Source of the DNA: Trichomonas gallinae
Lineage: Eukaryota
Direction of reading: 5' to 3'
DNA: 46,904 nucleotides
Assembly (NCBI GenBank): GCA_008369845.1
Contig: MRSU01009144.1
Coordinates: 1-46,904, forward strand
Below the pieces are notes generated by a model. It saw nothing but the letters and a program-made list of their open reading frames with translations. It made no database searches and was not told where the DNA came from. This document shows, in pieces, positions 42,345 through 46,904 of this stretch (within the stretch, counting starts at the first letter, position 1; each line of letters begins with the position of its first letter). The position numbers and the translations under genes are program-made.

Positions 42345-43464
42345 CTCAGCAACGTTGGTCATAGATTTTGGCAGCCACACAATTAAAGCAGGCCTTGCTA
42401 CAGCAAACAAGCCAGAGCTGATTATTCCATCAGCCTACCCCGAAAATAACGTCAAGCACCCGATAAACGCTCCAATACCTGCTGATGCGAAGATCAAATA
42501 CGCAGTTTCCAATGGTGAAATTGCATCGAAAGAGAGAGTTCAGTTCATTATTGGTTCCATTTTCGACCATTTCTTTGGAACTGATGACACTGAACTTGAA
42601 GACTTAAAAGTCGTATTTACGGAGACTCCATTCTCATCCTTGGAGCACATTACTTACTTATCAGATCTGTCTTTCGATCTACTCGCTGCTTCGGCAATTT
42701 CAATCAAGCCACAAGCTTATTTGACAGGAATATCGTACTCTTTGAACACATGCTTATGCTTAGATATAGGCCATGATGTTATGCAGTGCATTCCAATCTC
42801 AAATGGTTATGTTATTCCTCAGGCTATCCACAGATCTTGTCTCGCAGGCCATTCTCTCGATTTATTCACAGCCAGATGCACGCTCGAGATGGATAGCTTC
42901 GATACATACGGAAATCTTCAAAAAGTTCAAAATGCAAAAATTAAATCTGCCCAAGTTGCCATGCCGAATCTCCACGAAAAAATCAAGTCAGTGGCTGGCG
43001 ATGAGGACCTTATGTTCAATCTCACATGCGGCGAGACTCTTTTCATACCAAAACTCAACGAACAGTCAGCTCTTGACCCAGACAATCCAAAAGAAGACCC
43101 AGAGGTCAACCAGTTCATGGAGGCGTTGAGTGTGCAAGAAATAGTCAAGAAATCAATCGAGGCTTCCGACTTAACTCTTCGTCGTGATTTATGGAAAAAT
43201 ATTATTGTTACTGGTGGAACTTCTTTGCTTAAGGGATTCAGAGAACGCCTTGAAAACGAGCTCGCTGAATTGAATCCATCAAATAATAAGCCAAGAATCT
43301 TTTATCCAGAAGATCCAATCATTTCTTCATGGAAAGGTGCTGCTTTGAGTGCAAAGTTTGATGCAGATGTCAACTGGATAACAGCTGAACAATATAAAGA
43401 AGATCCAAAGTCCATTTTCGAAAAGTTCAGATTATTTGGAACATCTTTCGCACCTCCTAAATAA
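42340..43464 (+). CDS. Divergent actin-family protein (actin-related protein)
   Basis: LVIDFGSHTIKAG, VVFTETPF, LDIGHDVMQCIPISNGY, NIIVTGGTSLLKGFRERLENEL and SSWKGAA are actin-fold motifs. Confidence 0.88.
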   Translation: MTSATLVIDFGSHTIKAGLATANKPELIIPSAYPENNVKHPINAPIPADAKIKYAVSNGEIASKERVQFIIGSIFDHFFGTDDTELEDLKVVFTETPFSSLEHITYLSDLSFDLLAASAISIKPQAYLTGISYSLNTCLCLDIGHDVMQCIPISNGYVIPQAIHRSCLAGHSLDLFTARCTLEMDSFDTYGNLQKVQNAKIKSAQVAMPNLHEKIKSVAGDEDLMFNLTCGETLFIPKLNEQSALDPDNPKEDPEVNQFMEALSVQEIVKKSIEASDLTLRRDLWKNIIVTGGTSLLKGFRERLENELAELNPSNNKPRIFYPEDPIISSWKGAALSAKFDADVNWITAEQYKEDPKSIFEKFRLFGTSFAPPK

Positions 43465-43763
43465 ATATCACTGTATATACGGCTTTTCACCACCAAATAA
43501 AGCTTTATCTTTATCAATATCGTTTAAAAAAATATTAAAAATTTTAAAACTAAACTTTCAAAGATTATCTTAGTATATTATATAAGACAAACTTAAAAAC
43601 TGTTAATGTATCACTGCTAAAATGTTCAAACTTAAAAGAAATTGTATCAAAATTTTATATTGTTAGTTATAAGTCTTAAAATAGTATTAATGTTTCATAC
43701 AAAGAGCATATTTATTAACAATAAAGTTGGAAACAGTTGAATCAAAAGACAAATAGAAAAAAA

Positions 43764-45935
43764 TTATTCAATTGGAAGGAATGTTGGAATATTGATTGTC
43801 ATGTGTGATCCTTCTGCTATATCTTCCATTGTGTAGACCGTTACAGTGCGAACTTTCTGGAAAACACTTCCGTCAATAAAAACAGTGAATGTGCAAGGAT
43901 TCTTCTCAATTCCGCTGATGTAGAACTGTTTGACTGGTGTGCGAGTGATCTGTCCTCCAAGCTGTTCTCTGTAATTATCAATATCAGCATTAGATGTATC
44001 ATTGATAACTTCCATGATAAGAGATGGATCGCTCGGCCTAATATTAAGATGTGCATCGCAGTTCCACAAAACGACAGATGTAATCTCGTGGTTATAAACT
44101 GGAACACTGTCGTATGAAATTTGGACTTTCTTTGTCCTTATCTTTTTCTCCATATCTGGATCGTTGAACGCACCGCGCGCGAACTGGTGGCCAATGTGCA
44201 ATGACGTTATGAATGGAACTGTGATACTTTTCTCGTCAAATTGAATCACAGCTTTCCAAACATAGCACGTGAGCATGTTATGAGCGAAGAATATGTATTG
44301 TTGCATGGCCATCTGCATCATTGCTGACGGCGCTGGATTGGAAAACCAAACATTTGGTGGCAAATGTTTTTCGAAGTTAATTATTGGGAATCCAACCTGC
44401 GAAACTGGGTTCAATGTCGGCGAAATTCTCGAACAAATCGAAAATGTGTTATGAATGAACCTCGCATAAATTTCATCATTCGCAGCAATGTATTCTGGGA
44501 GCGGCGCGTAGTCATTAGCATCTACCTGGAGGAGATATACAGAAAAAACCATTTTGGAGAGCTCCTGCTTGAACTTAAACGTCGCTTTGATTAATCCATA
44601 TAAAATATGCGACATAAACATTGCATCACCGGACGACATGATCTTGTAGTCGAAGATTTCATCGGATTCGCGCTTCTTTGCCCAATTTACAATAGGTGTG
44701 AAAATCTCAGAAACGAATCTCAAAGGAATAACTGACGTAAAACACTCTGTGCCATCAACGAATGTGTCTGTCTGCTGGAGATTGAACGGAACAGCTGAGT
44801 ATTTCTTCTGTGCGATTTGAATTGGAACTGGCTGAAGCAAATTAACGTCAAACTCTTCAACTGGCTCTGGATTCTTAGTGATATTGCATTTTTCGATGAG
44901 GCTTTCATCTGACCCTTCGTCAAAATCGAGATTTTCGAGTAATTGCAAAACCTCTTTCGGTGATCTTGACTTGTCATTGAATTTAGTGACTAAATAGTAA
45001 TTTCCGAAGTTGATAAACGCTTTGTGCAATGCGCTGTAGGGGCTCTGCCTTGTATGAAGCAAAGATGGCAAACAAACGACTTTTGCATCATAACAGAAAG
45101 GAACGACAGCTTCTGTAGCTTCATTCATTGATCCAAGAGTCCTCAAAATTCTGTAATATGTGAATCCTGGGTGCTGTAGTGTCTTGCGGATGTTTTTCTG
45201 AATTTCATAAGCCTTCGATGAAGCTGGTAATGGTAGAACGAATGCCGACGAGATTTTCTCACTCAGTTCGAGTAAGGAATCCTTGCTTAATGAAGGAAAT
45301 ATTGTAATAATTACCTCAATAATATGAAGCAAGACGATTGTTTCATTCATATTGTTTATACTTTCAAGGCGCGACTTGAAACCAGCAAACAATGACTTTT
45401 CTGCATTCGGATCTGAATTTAACGTACGAATTAACCCAACAAAATTAAATAACGGAGCAGATTGCTTTAAATCTGGGCTATCGTATTTAGATGTGATGCA
45501 GTCGAGAATAATCTTCATATTATTGTCTTGTGTCACGCAATATCTGCTGATATGAATTAAAAAATATGAAAGAATAGGATATGGTAAAACAATTAACTTC
45601 TGATAGTATTCGTTCCATGATGTTTTTTCGAGTGGAATCTTGAAAGTTATCAATAAATGAAGTATTCCAAGTAATGCATTTTCTATTTCGGGAGGAGCAA
45701 CGTTTGATTTAGTTCCGATCATCTTTTTGGCAATTTTAATGATGAAATCGAAGAGTTCGACAAGAACTAGTCTCGCAAAGTCAACGCATCTGCAATTATC
45801 CCAAAAATTCGGCTCAACCCATGGAGGAATCGTTATTTCTGAATTACGAAGGAGTCCAAAGCAAGACAAGAAGTCTTCTACGAACCTTTTTTGGAATTCT
45901 TCTTCATCAATTATGATATTCGTTGAAGACGACAT
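43764..45935 (-). CDS. PI3K-gamma adaptor p101/p84 (PIK3R5/6)-like protein
   Basis: 723 aa with an N-terminal helical region, then [84 protein letters not shown] and terminal INIPTF. These are collinear with p101 motifs as recalled; no search was run. Confidence 0.6.
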   Translation of the reverse strand: [723 protein letters not shown]

Positions 45936-46904
45936 TTTTTGAGGAGAATTGTCAATTTTTGACTAATTCGTGGTTCATTATTTTTCTCTTTTTATTGCGA
46001 AAATAAGCTTTGAACAATATAATGATTGTGAATTCATCGTTAAAAATGCTGACAAGAAAAAAATAAAATCGGCATTGTTTGACATGAATTTTTTAGCCTA
46101 CTCAGTGTCTAGTATTATTTTCTTTAATCTTATTTTTGAATGTTGCGAAATAATTTTATTTATTATAAAATATAAAAAGTTATTTTATTTTATCATTTTT
46201 TGGCGAATTTTCAGTATCAACAATATATCAAAATCGATAAATCGATTATATAATAAATACTTATTATAAATATGCAATAAAAATCATAAATATACTTGTA
46301 AAAAGCTTCCCAGCTAAATTTGAAACATAACGCTTCTACTATCTAATTACAGTTGCGTCATAAGTATAATAAATAGTTTACTAAGATTCTCATATAATTA
46401 ATTTAGATATATTTTTGCAAAAATAAATTTCAGAAGGATTATGCCATGCCAATCACTAAAATGATGAAAGTTCTCGTCATTCAATAGCCTTAGGCGGGAA
46501 AAATAATGTGAATAATATAATTTATAAAGCTAAAGAGATATGTTTATTAAAGTAAGTATTACAGTGGAGCAATTGATATTGCTACAAGAATAGATCTATT
46601 AGTTCTATATTATAAAAATGTTCTATTTAGCGAAGAGATTAACGAATGTTTTGTTATTTGACTAAGAGTCCGTCATTATCTTAGTCAAAATTAAGTACAA
46701 TTTGATAATCAAAGAAATAATTTGAGATTTTAATTTTTTTTTCATTCATCTTGTTTTTGAGACGTATTTTAGGCTGGTATGCAATACTGTATACAAAAGC
46801 AATATAAACAGTAAACATTCCTGGCTTAAGGGTGCACCGTACTGTACGTTAAGCCTCAAAAATGGAAAAATGGGGGCTTAGGGAAAGTCCCTGAATATTT
46901 AACG

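Noticed and set aside
45970..46269. 99-aa plus-strand ORF (also 28796-29146)
   Set aside because: Non-ATG start and F/I/K/N bias typical of AT-rich intergenic DNA.

Overview
This is AT-rich eukaryotic genomic DNA with compact, apparently intronless genes. It most likely comes from a trichomonad (Parabasalia). The evidence is Inr-like TCA(C/T)(T/A) and GTCACTTT/AAAGTGAC promoter motifs, a Chlamydia Pmp-like surface protein, a BspA-type LRR relic and a Myb gene. About 18 intact CDS and 3 pseudogene candidates are visible. Recognisable genes are MCM6, an importin-beta-like HEAT protein, a 3R-Myb, a Pmp-like adhesin, a neurobeachin/BEACH-like protein with a collapsed BEACH core, a GAF protein with a degenerate PDE domain, and a divergent actin-family protein. 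Three observations stand out. (1) A dispersed cluster of four divergent paralogues of a family I cannot name (20.4, 30.3, 37.9 and 39.3 kb) has amphipathic N-termini and a shared alpha/beta core. Three members have Arg/His-rich tails, their promoters are TGACA/TGACGTCA-rich, and a mini-member and a relic may belong to the cluster. (2) A protein at 43.8-45.9 kb matches the PI3K-gamma adaptor p101/p84 motif by motif. (3) Two related arrays of TTTACATGACA-like units with ~20-bp period lie in divergent intergenic regions. No rRNA, tRNA or CRISPR was seen. All family calls were made by eye and need database confirmation.
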